Origin: an uncultured archaeon
GTDB lineage: Archaea; Asgardarchaeota; Lokiarchaeia; Sigyniarchaeales; SOKP01
Reading direction: 5' to 3'
Assembly: GCA_964525635.1 (NCBI GenBank)
Contig: CAZGJX010000002.1
Span: 12,024 to 76,023 of the forward strand
DNA length: 64,000 nt
Part shown: positions 1-9,924 of the stretch, in pieces
How the letters are laid out: each line of letters begins with the position of its first letter
How positions within the stretch are numbered: position 1 is the stretch's first letter
Made by a program: the position numbers and the translations under genes
The notes under the pieces: model-generated
Seen by the model: the letters and a program-made list of their open reading frames with translations, nothing else
The model's database searches: none
Told to the model about the DNA's origin: nothing

Positions 1-2
1 AG

Positions 3-836
3 ATAAGAGCAATAAATGAATGTCTTGATTATATTAAAGATGGTTTAATATATTTTATAGATGCAGATGCAATTGTACAAGATGAAACCCTGTTAAGAAT
101 TATTTATCCAATAGTTAATCAAGAAAAATATGTAGTAGTTTCAGGGAGAAGTTTAACAGATTCACTAAAAGAAAAAGCTCTTTCTAAATATCTAAGATTA
201 AATCGAAACAGAACATTTCATGGTGATTTTTCAAGAAATGATCATAATATAATCTCTGGTTCGAATACATGTATTAAGTATGAAGTTATTGAGAGAATCA
301 GTAAGTTCAATGAAGAAAGAGGGATTGCTACAGATAAATCTATGGCACTTGATATTAATAATGTTGGATACAAAATTTATAAATTAACACATCCAAATTC
401 AAGAATGCTAAACCAGAACATGCCAAGTAATTTTAAAGCATGGAGACGTCAGAGATCTATATGGCAAACAAATGATTTTAAATACATTATTAAATTTAAA
501 AAAAGAGGAAAATTCCTAAAGTTTTTATTTTTAACTTTTTTGTCTCTTTATTTATTGATTTTTCCTATATTTTTATTTTTTAATATTACCTTATTTCTGT
601 TTGGATTTTATTTATTAATTTGGATATATTTTCAGAAAATTAGAAAGATTATTTTTTCTCTTAACACAGATGAAAAAGAATCTGGTTTTGATATTAATCT
701 AATCTTTTATTTTAAAGTATTTTGTTTTATTTTATTAGAACTATATATCAATATAATATTGATATATGATCTTATAGTATATTTTAAAAAAAATAAAAAA
801 AAAACTGAAAAAGTGATATTTTTTTTCCAATTATAG
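3..836 (+). CDS. Glycosyltransferase family 2 with C-terminal TM helices (5'-truncated by window edge)
   Basis: The frame is open from base 3, upstream of the ORF-track ATG at 342. It encodes IYFIDADA (DXD), ISGSN, WRRQRSIW (QxxRW-like) and a hydrophobic C-terminus. Confidence 0.85.
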   Translation: MRAINECLDYIKDGLIYFIDADAIVQDETLLRIIYPIVNQEKYVVVSGRSLTDSLKEKALSKYLRLNRNRTFHGDFSRNDHNIISGSNTCIKYEVIERISKFNEERGIATDKSMALDINNVGYKIYKLTHPNSRMLNQNMPSNFKAWRRQRSIWQTNDFKYIIKFKKRGKFLKFLFLTFLSLYLLIFPIFLFFNITLFLFGFYLLIWIYFQKIRKIIFSLNTDEKESGFDINLIFYFKVFCFILLELYINIILIYDLIVYFKKNKKKTEKVIFFFQL

Positions 837-1024
837 ATTCTTCCTTTTCGGATTTCTATTTCGAGATAGAAGCTTTTTATAATAGACTATTATATATTAT
901 ATTTATCTGTTTTTTTGATAAAGATAAATTTATAAAAAAAAAACAATTTACGAACTCAAGAATTTTTATCATCTAAAAAGATAAGATAGTAAAATGATTT
1001 AATTAAAAATCATTGAGAATTAAT

Positions 1025-1792
1025 ATGATAATTTCTCATAAAAATAAGTTTATTTACATAAAAACGAGGAAAACTGCAAGTACTTCTATACAAATTCTTT
1101 TCGCTAGGTTTTGTGGGGATCAAGATATTTTAACTCCAATTATTCATCCGACTACTAAAAAAGGCATCATATATAATAAAATGGCAAGAAATTATAAGAT
1201 ATTAATAAGTAACTTAAAACTTATAAAATATAGTTTTTATTATAGTATTAGGAAGGGTAGAGGACTAAGTTTTATCAAGGATTTTTTAAAAACTATCTTT
1301 AAAAATCCAAAGAAAAATATATATAGATTATTTTTTCAAGGATTTCACACTCATGATTCTGCTGAGAAAATTAAGACCAAAGTAGGGTCCATAATATGGA
1401 ATGATTATTTTAAATTTACTTTTGAAAGAAATCCTTGGGATAAATTAGTATCATATTATTATCATGTGTACTCAAATTCAGATCCTTCTTTTAAGAATTT
1501 TGATACATGGATAAAATCCTTGAAAATGAACCAATATAGACAACCTTATAATTTTCTTTTATATACTTTTAAAAATAGAGTAATTTTAGATTTTATTGGA
1601 AAATATGAGAATTTACATAAGGATTTAAATTTTATTTTAAATAAATTAAACTTACCAATGAAAGAATTACCTAAAGAAAAAACAAATTATAGAAAAGAAA
1701 AGAAATATAAGAAATACTATAGTGATGAATTAAGAGATTTAGTCAATAAAAAATACGCAAAAGAAATAAACCTTTTCAATTTTAAATTTTAA
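1025..1792 (+). CDS. Sulfotransferase family 2 (HNK-1/chondroitin sulfotransferase-like)
   Basis: 5'-PSB-like FIYIKTRKTASTS, 3'-PB-like FTFERNPWDKLVSYY, and DFIGKYENL. ATG at 1025. Confidence 0.85.
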   Translation: MIISHKNKFIYIKTRKTASTSIQILFARFCGDQDILTPIIHPTTKKGIIYNKMARNYKILISNLKLIKYSFYYSIRKGRGLSFIKDFLKTIFKNPKKNIYRLFFQGFHTHDSAEKIKTKVGSIIWNDYFKFTFERNPWDKLVSYYYHVYSNSDPSFKNFDTWIKSLKMNQYRQPYNFLLYTFKNRVILDFIGKYENLHKDLNFILNKLNLPMKELPKEKTNYRKEKKYKKYYSDELRDLVNKKYAKEINLFNFKF

Positions 1793-1842
1793 AAATTTTA
1801 TACAAATTATTTTTTCAAATCTAAATTCTAATTAAAGGAAAA

Positions 1843-3375
1843 TCATTGATTTTGATTTTTAAAGCAATTAAGAATATTGCCTTTTAAATCTTGATTTATA
1901 GGTAATCCAAAGTAATTTAATATAGTTGGGACAATATCTTTTAGATTTGCGTGGGTTTTCATATTTTCTTTTACATTTTTTCCATGAATCACTAATATAC
2001 CTTCTTCACTATGTTTTCCAATTGCAAAATCAGTATATTTACTAATATCTTGAAGAAATTCTTCTGTATTTTGGTAAAGGCTAGTGAAAGAATATCCTTT
2101 CGTTGGTTTTATTATTAAATCGGGGATTAATTCTGGTTGGTTACCACTATAATAATCATCTTTTTCATATATTTTATCAACAATTCTATTATTATTTTTT
2201 GGATCCTTTATTTGATAGAATTTATTTTTAAGATAATTTATGATTTTTAGTTTTTTTTCTCCTTCAGTTAAGATAAAAATTAATCCATAAAGACTGATTC
2301 CCATAGGATAAACTCTTGATTTTTTCCAATCTATAAAATTATTAAATACTTCTGTTCCTTTTAATTCGTTTCTGTATATTTTTAATTCTAACTTTTTAAA
2401 AACATTGAACAATGATATTTTATCTAATTTAAGTTTTATAATTATTTTTTTTGAAAGTTTTCTTAGAAGAGATTTCCAGAAATTGGTTTTAAATTTTAAT
2501 AAACCCTCTTTATAAAGCCAATCTCCCAATAGAAACTGTTTTTTATGAGATTCACATCCATGATCAGATAGAATTACAGTAAGTAAATCCCCTTTATTAT
2601 TTCTTAAAAATTCCTCTCTTAATGTTTCAATACAAAAATCTAACCATTTATGAAATGTTTTAAAAGCATATGATCTTATTTCAGGATTATATAATATGTT
2701 CTCTTTATCAAAGTATCCCCATAAAACATGTTGAAGTATATCATTAGCCTGAAAATTAACCATTAAGATATCAATTTTATAATTATTTAACAGCCATACG
2801 CATACTTTTGTTCTATCTTTTATATTTTTAATTCTATTTTCAATAAAATCTTTTATGTTGTAATGAGGATTTTTAAATCTCACATCTTCAGAATATTGAA
2901 ATTGATAATCAGGTATTTTATTTAAAATATTCTGCTTCAAGCTTGATGGATATGTAAAATTAGAATTTAAAGAAGGGGTTAATATACCACTAACAATAAA
3001 ACCATTTACTTTTTTTGGAGGATAGGTCATTGGGACATTAACTACCGCAATTTTCTTACCTACTTTGCTCAGAATCTCCCATATAGTATTTTTTAAGAAA
3101 TCAGAGTTAACCATATCTATATTTTTTGTCTTCTTATTAAAACAGTAAAATTCATAGATATGGTCTTCTAAGCAATCTCTCCCTGTTTGTATAGTACCCC
3201 ACGCTGCAGGAGATATTGGTGGTATGGTGGATGCTATCGGACCAAATGTACCATTAGATTTTAGTTTTTTTAAATATGGCATATATCCACTATCAATTAT
3301 ATCATTAAATAGGTCCCACGAGCCACCATCAAGACCTATAACAAGAATTTTTCTATTAAAAATATTCATTTCCAT
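1843..3375 (-). CDS. Alkaline phosphatase superfamily / type I nucleotide pyrophosphatase-phosphodiesterase (COG3379-like)
   Basis: ILVIGLDGG, STIPPISPAAW, VNVPMTYPP, LSDHG, GKHSEEG, DIVPTIL. Confidence 0.85.
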   Translation of the reverse strand: MEMNIFNRKILVIGLDGGSWDLFNDIIDSGYMPYLKKLKSNGTFGPIASTIPPISPAAWGTIQTGRDCLEDHIYEFYCFNKKTKNIDMVNSDFLKNTIWEILSKVGKKIAVVNVPMTYPPKKVNGFIVSGILTPSLNSNFTYPSSLKQNILNKIPDYQFQYSEDVRFKNPHYNIKDFIENRIKNIKDRTKVCVWLLNNYKIDILMVNFQANDILQHVLWGYFDKENILYNPEIRSYAFKTFHKWLDFCIETLREEFLRNNKGDLLTVILSDHGCESHKKQFLLGDWLYKEGLLKFKTNFWKSLLRKLSKKIIIKLKLDKISLFNVFKKLELKIYRNELKGTEVFNNFIDWKKSRVYPMGISLYGLIFILTEGEKKLKIINYLKNKFYQIKDPKNNNRIVDKIYEKDDYYSGNQPELIPDLIIKPTKGYSFTSLYQNTEEFLQDISKYTDFAIGKHSEEGILVIHGKNVKENMKTHANLKDIVPTILNYFGLPINQDLKGNILNCFKNQNQ

Positions 3376-3401
3376 TCTCTAAATTCAACAATATTTTAAA
3401 A

Positions 3402-4706
3402 TTATTTTATAATCTCAAGACACTTACCAGTCATATAAGCAGGTTTTTGAATATTAAACAAATTTAATAAAGTTGGTGCAATATCTTCATAATTAATGCT
3501 ATTAAATTGTTTAGATTTTATATTTTTACCATATGCCATGAATAATCCTTCTTGTGTATGAAGAATTGCATTTCTTCCTTTTGTAATAAACATAGAAGGA
3601 TTATGATTAAACATATATTTTTCATTTAGAACTATGAATAGACTGGGGAAATCTTTTAAATTAGTAGAGATAATCTTTTTTATTTTTTTTTCCTTAAGAA
3701 GTGATTCAATAATTATTTTTTCTTTTTTTTTATCCTCTCCTTTCAAAAATAAACCACCAACATTTGAATTATAACTAAAAGCTTTTGATATCTCTATTTT
3801 ATTTTTATCAGTTTTTTTTTTTTTAGTATTACTTTTCTTTTTTTTTGATATTTTTTGAAATCTTTTTTTAAATAAATATAATTTTTCATAATCTATTTTT
3901 AATATTGGTCTAAAAAAATCATAGATTTTGGAAATAAGACTATATATTTTATGTTGACTTGATTTATTAATGAATATAAGACCTTTTTTTTCCAACCAAC
4001 GAGTCATATTAAAATCATGTTTATAAAATCTTAAACCATGATCACTAAATATAATTAGATTGTCAATTTCACCACTATTAAGAATCTGACCTATAAAATC
4101 ATCTATCTTTTTATATCCTAAATATATATAATTTTGAATTAATGGTTGAGATAGCCTAGTATGATGAGAAATAGAATCCGGCATCCTTACAACATAAGTT
4201 AATAGATTGTAATCTTCATATATTTTTTCTAAAAACAAATCTTTCTTTATTTTAAATGCCTTAAAGATGTCTTTTATTGTTTTTCCATTAATTATCCAAT
4301 TCTCTTTTAATTTGAATTCTAATTCCTTTGGAAAACAACTTATTTTAGGAGATAATAATCCTGTAATCATCTCACCATTAATATTCCACGCAGGATAGGT
4401 TCCTGGAACATTTAATACTAATTGTCTTAAATCCTTGTGTGAGAAAATAGATCTTTCTCTCCAAATAAATGAATTAAAAAGACCTTTTTCTGGATGAGTA
4501 AACCAATAATATCCAAGTTGTTGAGGATTTTGTCCAGAAAACATACAAGGCCAAGATGGAATTGTTATTGGTGGCATTGTAACGCAAAGTTTTGAAGATA
4601 CTCCCTCATTGATTATTTTTTTGAAATTAGGTAATATTTTTTTTTTTAATAGAGGTTTTATGGATTCAAAGCAACCACCATCAATACCTATTATTACATT
4701 TTTAAT
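3402..4706 (-). CDS. Second AlkP/nucleotide pyrophosphatase-family protein (probable ATT start)
   Basis: The frame extends 43 codons upstream of the ATG at 4577 and encodes IKNVIIGIDGG...LPNF. Also PPITIPSW, NVPGTYP, FSDHG, DIAPTLL. Confidence 0.8.
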   Translation of the reverse strand: MKNVIIGIDGGCFESIKPLLKKKILPNFKKIINEGVSSKLCVTMPPITIPSWPCMFSGQNPQQLGYYWFTHPEKGLFNSFIWRERSIFSHKDLRQLVLNVPGTYPAWNINGEMITGLLSPKISCFPKELEFKLKENWIINGKTIKDIFKAFKIKKDLFLEKIYEDYNLLTYVVRMPDSISHHTRLSQPLIQNYIYLGYKKIDDFIGQILNSGEIDNLIIFSDHGLRFYKHDFNMTRWLEKKGLIFINKSSQHKIYSLISKIYDFFRPILKIDYEKLYLFKKRFQKISKKKKSNTKKKKTDKNKIEISKAFSYNSNVGGLFLKGEDKKKEKIIIESLLKEKKIKKIISTNLKDFPSLFIVLNEKYMFNHNPSMFITKGRNAILHTQEGLFMAYGKNIKSKQFNSINYEDIAPTLLNLFNIQKPAYMTGKCLEIIK

Positions 4707-4926
4707 TTAAATCCCCTAATCTTTCTTATTATTCTTGATCTATCTTATATTATGGAAATATATCATTTAAATAAAAGTTTTTGTTCTTTTTATTCAAGAT
4801 CATTAATTAAATGTTTATAAAATATTTTATATAAGATTTAGTTAATTTAAAAAGATAAAATCATATAATTGGATCTTTTTCTCTGGAAAATAGATTAAAA
4901 ATCATTATTTTGTATATAATATTATT

Positions 4927-5985
4927 CTACATTAATAGACCACTGATGAATTTAAAATATTCTTCAGCAGCTTTTTCCCATGAATATATCTTAACAATTT
5001 CAAGACCTCTTTCCCTCATACTTATTCTTAAATCTTGATCCTTATAAATATCGATGATTAATTCTGCTAATTTTTTATAATTAAAAGGAGGAAAATAAAT
5101 CGGAAAGTCTTTATATATTTCCCTAAATACAGGAATATCTGAACATAAAACTGGGAGTCCAGAGGAGGCAGACTCTAGCCCAGGTGCCCCCCATCCTTCG
5201 TATATAGAGGGAAAGACTAGAATATTGCATAAATTATAGATTTCTCTCAATCTATCATTAGTTATTCCATTTAAATAAATAATATTTTTTTCCAATCCCA
5301 TTTTTTTTATTAAATCTTGGAAAATTGGTTTACCAATCCGGATTAATAAAATCTTTTTTATTCTTTTTTTAACAATATAATAGGATTTTAATAATGATAG
5401 AAAATTTTTTCTCGTTTCTTCTGTTCCTACATGTAATATTTTAAAATATTCAGGATAAAATGAATTAATTTTTAATAATTTTTCATCAGATATTGGATAA
5501 AACATCTTTTTATTTATACCATTTTTAATAACTTTTATTTTTTCTTTTGGAAAACCTAATCTTTTAATCAATTCATTTTTAGTAAATTCTGATATTGCGA
5601 TAATATATCTACATTTCTTTAATCCTGAAAGTATATATTTTTGCAATAAAGAATTATTTCGAATATTTTTTTTTTCCAAAAAAGTATAAATATCATGACA
5701 AGTGACAATTGTTTTTGATTTATCAAGAAAATGTACTAAATCACTATGAAATTGAGCAGGTATATGATTAATAACTTCATTTTTATTGCTACTTAATTTA
5801 CACTGTATTGGATAATTAAAAAATCTCTTATATAAGAAATCGATTTGGTTTTTGGGTGGTTTATAGTATAAATAAGAGATTCCAATATTTCTTTGGTTTA
5901 TTAATCGTTTATCTAATTCAATTTGTCTTCTTAAGATTCCATTTATATTATCTAACTTTCTACCAATATAATTTAATATTTCCAT
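4927..5985 (-). CDS. Glycosyltransferase family 4 (GT-B, RfaB-like)
   Basis: VTCHD, IIAISEFT, NGI, VFPSIYEGWGAPGLE (E-x7-E), SDIPVFRE. Confidence 0.9.
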   Translation of the reverse strand: MEILNYIGRKLDNINGILRRQIELDKRLINQRNIGISYLYYKPPKNQIDFLYKRFFNYPIQCKLSSNKNEVINHIPAQFHSDLVHFLDKSKTIVTCHDIYTFLEKKNIRNNSLLQKYILSGLKKCRYIIAISEFTKNELIKRLGFPKEKIKVIKNGINKKMFYPISDEKLLKINSFYPEYFKILHVGTEETRKNFLSLLKSYYIVKKRIKKILLIRIGKPIFQDLIKKMGLEKNIIYLNGITNDRLREIYNLCNILVFPSIYEGWGAPGLESASSGLPVLCSDIPVFREIYKDFPIYFPPFNYKKLAELIIDIYKDQDLRISMRERGLEIVKIYSWEKAAEEYFKFISGLLM

Positions 5986-6080
5986 ATTACAATATTAAAG
6001 AAATAACATTTTTTTTATGAAATAGCAATGATATTAACCATTTAAAGAGGAGATCTTAGAAAAAATTTATTATCCTAAAA

Positions 6081-6809
6081 TTAGAGATTTAATTCTTTTT
6101 TTTGAATTTGAATTAATTCCCCTATCCCCTTTTCTCCAATATCTAAAATTCTGTTTAATTGTTTTCTGGTAAAACTATTTCCCTCAGCTGTTCCCTGAAT
6201 TTCTAAAAATTCTAAATTTTCATTCATTATAAGATTTAAATCAACATCAACTTGAGAATCTTCAATATAATTTAAGTCTAATAGGATATCATCATCTTTA
6301 ATTCCTAATGAAATCGCAGCTGTTACTTTATAATTAGGAAAGTTATGAATAAGGTGTTCATCATAAAGAAAACTAATAGCATCAAAAACAGCCATAAATG
6401 CTCCTGTTATTGAAGCACATCTTGTTCCACCATCAGCTTGAATAACATCACAATCGATTTTTATTGTTCTTTCTCCTATTTTTGTAATATCAAAAGCTGC
6501 TCGAATACTCCTTCCTATTAATCTCTGAATTTCATGTGTTCGACCTTTAACTCTTAATCTTTCTCGTTCTCTACTATTTCTATTTTGTGTAGCACGAGGG
6601 ATCATATTATATTCTGCAGTTATCCACCCGGTACCTGTATCAGATAAAAATCGTGGGACAAACTCTAATACCGAAGCAGTAACTATAACCTTAGTAAAAC
6701 CTTGTGTTATAAGTACAGATCCTTCAGGATATTTAAGATAATTACGCTCAATTGTAATTTTTCTGAGCTCATCAAATTCCCTACCATCCTTTCTTTTAAT
6801 ATTGGACAT
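6081..6809 (-). CDS. rph: Ribonuclease PH, bacterial type
   Basis: RKDGR, EGSVL, GWITAEYNMIPRAT..R..RE, GRTHEIQRLIGRS, IDCDVIQADGGTRCASITGA, EIQGTAEG. Confidence 0.92.
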   Translation of the reverse strand: MSNIKRKDGREFDELRKITIERNYLKYPEGSVLITQGFTKVIVTASVLEFVPRFLSDTGTGWITAEYNMIPRATQNRNSRERERLRVKGRTHEIQRLIGRSIRAAFDITKIGERTIKIDCDVIQADGGTRCASITGAFMAVFDAISFLYDEHLIHNFPNYKVTAAISLGIKDDDILLDLNYIEDSQVDVDLNLIMNENLEFLEIQGTAEGNSFTRKQLNRILDIGEKGIGELIQIQKKELNL

Positions 6810-7085
6810 AATAATTTACATATTTATTATTCTTTATTGTATCAATAAAAAAAAAGAAAATAAAATCTTAAATATATAAAACAGAAAATATTAATATATT
6901 TTTACAAAGCAAATAGTATATGATAATAACTTTTTTTTTTTATTCCAAATTTATGTCTTCCAAATTCTAGATTTTAATAATTATTTTAATAGACTAACTA
7001 GAAAAATATGAAGATTATTTAAAAAGCTATAAAATCTAAAAATAAATTCAGATAATTTTCTTGTAAAATTTCTCATAATATGAAT

Positions 7086-8198
7086 TTATTGAGAATCTTT
7101 ATACATAGGATAAGATCCTAATACTTTGTACCAAATCACATTTTCTTCTATTTTTTCAATTACTTTTTTAATTTCAATATCATTTTTATGGCCTTCAAAA
7201 TCCATAAGGAAAATATATTCCCATCTTCCTCTTCTCCTAGGTCGAGATTCAATTTTCATTAGATTGATATTAGCTTCTGCAAATAATTTTAAAACCGAAT
7301 ATAATGCTCCTGGTTTATGTTTTGTTACATATAATATTGAAGTTTTAATTTTACCATCTTTTATTCGATTTTCTTTTTTTGAAATAATAATAAAGCGAGT
7401 AAAATTAGATGGACTATCTTCGATTTTTGAACTAAGAATCTTTAATCCATATACTGAAGCAGCAAATTCGGTTCCAATAGCTGCATTGGAGGTATCTCCC
7501 AGCTTTTTTATTTTATGTATTGCTTCAGCAGTTGATTCTGTATTGACTGTTTTAGCCAATGGTAAATTGTTTTTTATCCATGATCTAGTTTGGGCAAATG
7601 CTTGAGGATGTGAATATATTTTTTTTATTTTTGTTAAATCAGAATTCTTATCTGCGATCAAATTTTGACTTATTCTTAACTCAGTTTCGCCAAAAATGGA
7701 AATCTCCTTCTCTATTAATTGATCTAAAGTTTCTCTAACAGTTCCTTGGAGACTATTCTCAATGGGAACTACAGCAAATTCCAATATACCTTTTTCAATA
7801 TCTTCAAAAATAGTAGATATACTTTTATATGCAATAAGATCTGAACTTGTTTTAGGAAAAAATTCTAAAGCGGCCTGATGAGTAAAAGTACCTTTGGGCC
7901 CAAGATATCCAATTTTAATAATTGAACCTTGAATTAATTTGCATGCACCAATAATTTCTTTCCAAATTGCTTCAATACTAGCTGGTTTTATTACTTTTGA
8001 TAATTTTTTTACGTTATTTATAACTTTTATTTCTCGTTCTGGTTGATATGTGTCTAAATTTAACTTGTTTTTAATTTCCCCTATTTTTAATACAATATCT
8101 GCTCTATTATTTAATAATTTCACTAATTCATTATCAATTTCATTTATTTCTTCTCTAAGTTTATCAAGATTATGTTTAAGTTCTTCTTTATCTACCAT
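7086..8198 (-). CDS. pheA: Chorismate mutase / prephenate dehydratase (P-protein)
   Basis: N-terminal AroQ domain (LREEINEID..LLNNR), YLGPKGTFT, VPIENS, SHPQA, NFTRF, and ACT domain with IESRP. Confidence 0.95.
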   Translation of the reverse strand: MVDKEELKHNLDKLREEINEIDNELVKLLNNRADIVLKIGEIKNKLNLDTYQPEREIKVINNVKKLSKVIKPASIEAIWKEIIGACKLIQGSIIKIGYLGPKGTFTHQAALEFFPKTSSDLIAYKSISTIFEDIEKGILEFAVVPIENSLQGTVRETLDQLIEKEISIFGETELRISQNLIADKNSDLTKIKKIYSHPQAFAQTRSWIKNNLPLAKTVNTESTAEAIHKIKKLGDTSNAAIGTEFAASVYGLKILSSKIEDSPSNFTRFIIISKKENRIKDGKIKTSILYVTKHKPGALYSVLKLFAEANINLMKIESRPRRRGRWEYIFLMDFEGHKNDIEIKKVIEKIEENVIWYKVLGSYPMYKDSQ

Positions 8199-8229
8199 TA
8201 TTGTTTTCCCTTTTTTTGAATATTAATTA

Positions 8230-9906
8230 TTAAATCAACATTTGTAGATTTAATTCTAATGCTGAAACAGGAAATTCTAATTTAAAGTTTATTAATACTT
8301 CTGGATGAATTTCTCCAATTTCTCCAATTTTTATACCTTTAAGATAAATATCTCCACATCGCCCAATAAGATATGATGAATTTTCGTTTGGTTTAATCTC
8401 AGAATCATTATGATAACCTAATGTATTCATGATAAAATCCAAAGTTGATTTTATTTCTGTGTAATCTGCATTTTCATGATAAGAACTTACAGCTAAATGT
8501 AATTCTCTTTTAGCCCCAGTTTCTTCGTTAGAGGATAAAGATATAACATCTCCAACTTCAAAAATTCTGATAGGTTTTTCTTCTGATCTATTGAAAAGCA
8601 GCGTCTCCATCAATTTTGGCAGTAGTGTTGTTCTTGTAGTATTATATTCCTCAGATACAGGATTTGCAATCTTTAAGATTTTAATTTCATCTTCCTCTTG
8701 GTTCATATATCCATATTGTCTTGTTTTATTAGTTAAAATAAAATTCAATACTTCAATATATCCTGCTCCAATCATTATAGTTCTAATTTTATTAGCAAAT
8801 TTTTGAATAGGATGATATTCTCCAATACATCCTTCTCTAATTCTTTTTGGTAAATTAAAATATCCATATCCTATAGCACATTCTTCTGTAAAATCAACAG
8901 GATGCATAATATCCCCTCGAAATGCAGGAACCCATATATCTAGATTGTCTTTCTTATTCGACTTTTTAGCATTCATTCTGACCTTTTCAAAACATTTAAT
9001 CATCTCAGTAGGAGATAAATTTAATCCAATATAATCATTAACATAATTTATTGAGACTTCCCATTTTTTAGCTTCTAAATTAGGTGTTATTATCTCCTTT
9101 TCATTTTCATAATTAACTTTAACACTCTCTATTTTAGCACCCATATCTGATAATGTTGTTGAAAGAATATTCAATGCTAAATTAACTGCTTTGAAATCGG
9201 TTCCTGTTAATTCTAAAAATAAGTTTTTTGTATCATCTGTAACTGTTGTAAGAATTCCATTAATGATTGGAGGAAATGAAATTACTTCATCTTTATTATC
9301 TAAGAGAATGGGATAAAGATCATTCCCTTCTAATATGTGTGCATATTTAATTCCTTTTTCATGATACTTTAAAATCTCATTTAAATCCATCGGTTGGCCA
9401 TCTCCTTGTAATGGTATAAAATTTATTGAATCTGGTTTTACTGCTAAATATCTATATGGTGGAGTAATCTTATCAAGATCATGTACACCAATTGCTACTT
9501 TTTTCCGATCTCTTCCAACTGCCCAGTGCAAGTGTTCTTGTATATTCATAAGAGTCGCAACCTCATCTTCATCCAGATCAATATTTCTTATAACGCCACA
9601 TACAATATATGGTCTAACCTCTTTTACAGTTGATTCTACACTCATCTTTATTTTTCCAGCTAATATCTCAAAATTTGGGATACCTAATTTAAGGTCATAA
9701 TATCCCTGAAGTGCTCTTGCAATTCCTTCAGGACTAGAAAAATCTGGTCTATTAGGATTGTATTCAACCTTAATCTTTTGTTCTTCTTCATTAATATCTT
9801 CTAAATCTAAACTAATCCACTGTAAATCGTATTCCAAGTCGTTTAAAGATAATTTTTTTCCTACTAATTTTTCCAATCTTTCAATTTTTAATTCTAATGT
9901 TGGCAT
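8230..9906 (-). CDS. pheT: Phenylalanine-tRNA ligase beta subunit (archaeal/eukaryal type)
   Basis: NRPDFSS.EG, QEHLH...GRDRKKVAIGVHD, SFPPIING, RGDIMHPVD, GEIHPEVL. Confidence 0.96.
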   Translation of the reverse strand: MPTLELKIERLEKLVGKKLSLNDLEYDLQWISLDLEDINEEEQKIKVEYNPNRPDFSSPEGIARALQGYYDLKLGIPNFEILAGKIKMSVESTVKEVRPYIVCGVIRNIDLDEDEVATLMNIQEHLHWAVGRDRKKVAIGVHDLDKITPPYRYLAVKPDSINFIPLQGDGQPMDLNEILKYHEKGIKYAHILEGNDLYPILLDNKDEVISFPPIINGILTTVTDDTKNLFLELTGTDFKAVNLALNILSTTLSDMGAKIESVKVNYENEKEIITPNLEAKKWEVSINYVNDYIGLNLSPTEMIKCFEKVRMNAKKSNKKDNLDIWVPAFRGDIMHPVDFTEECAIGYGYFNLPKRIREGCIGEYHPIQKFANKIRTIMIGAGYIEVLNFILTNKTRQYGYMNQEEDEIKILKIANPVSEEYNTTRTTLLPKLMETLLFNRSEEKPIRIFEVGDVISLSSNEETGAKRELHLAVSSYHENADYTEIKSTLDFIMNTLGYHNDSEIKPNENSSYLIGRCGDIYLKGIKIGEIGEIHPEVLINFKLEFPVSALELNLQMLI

Positions 9907-9924
9907 TATTTAAACCTCTAATTT

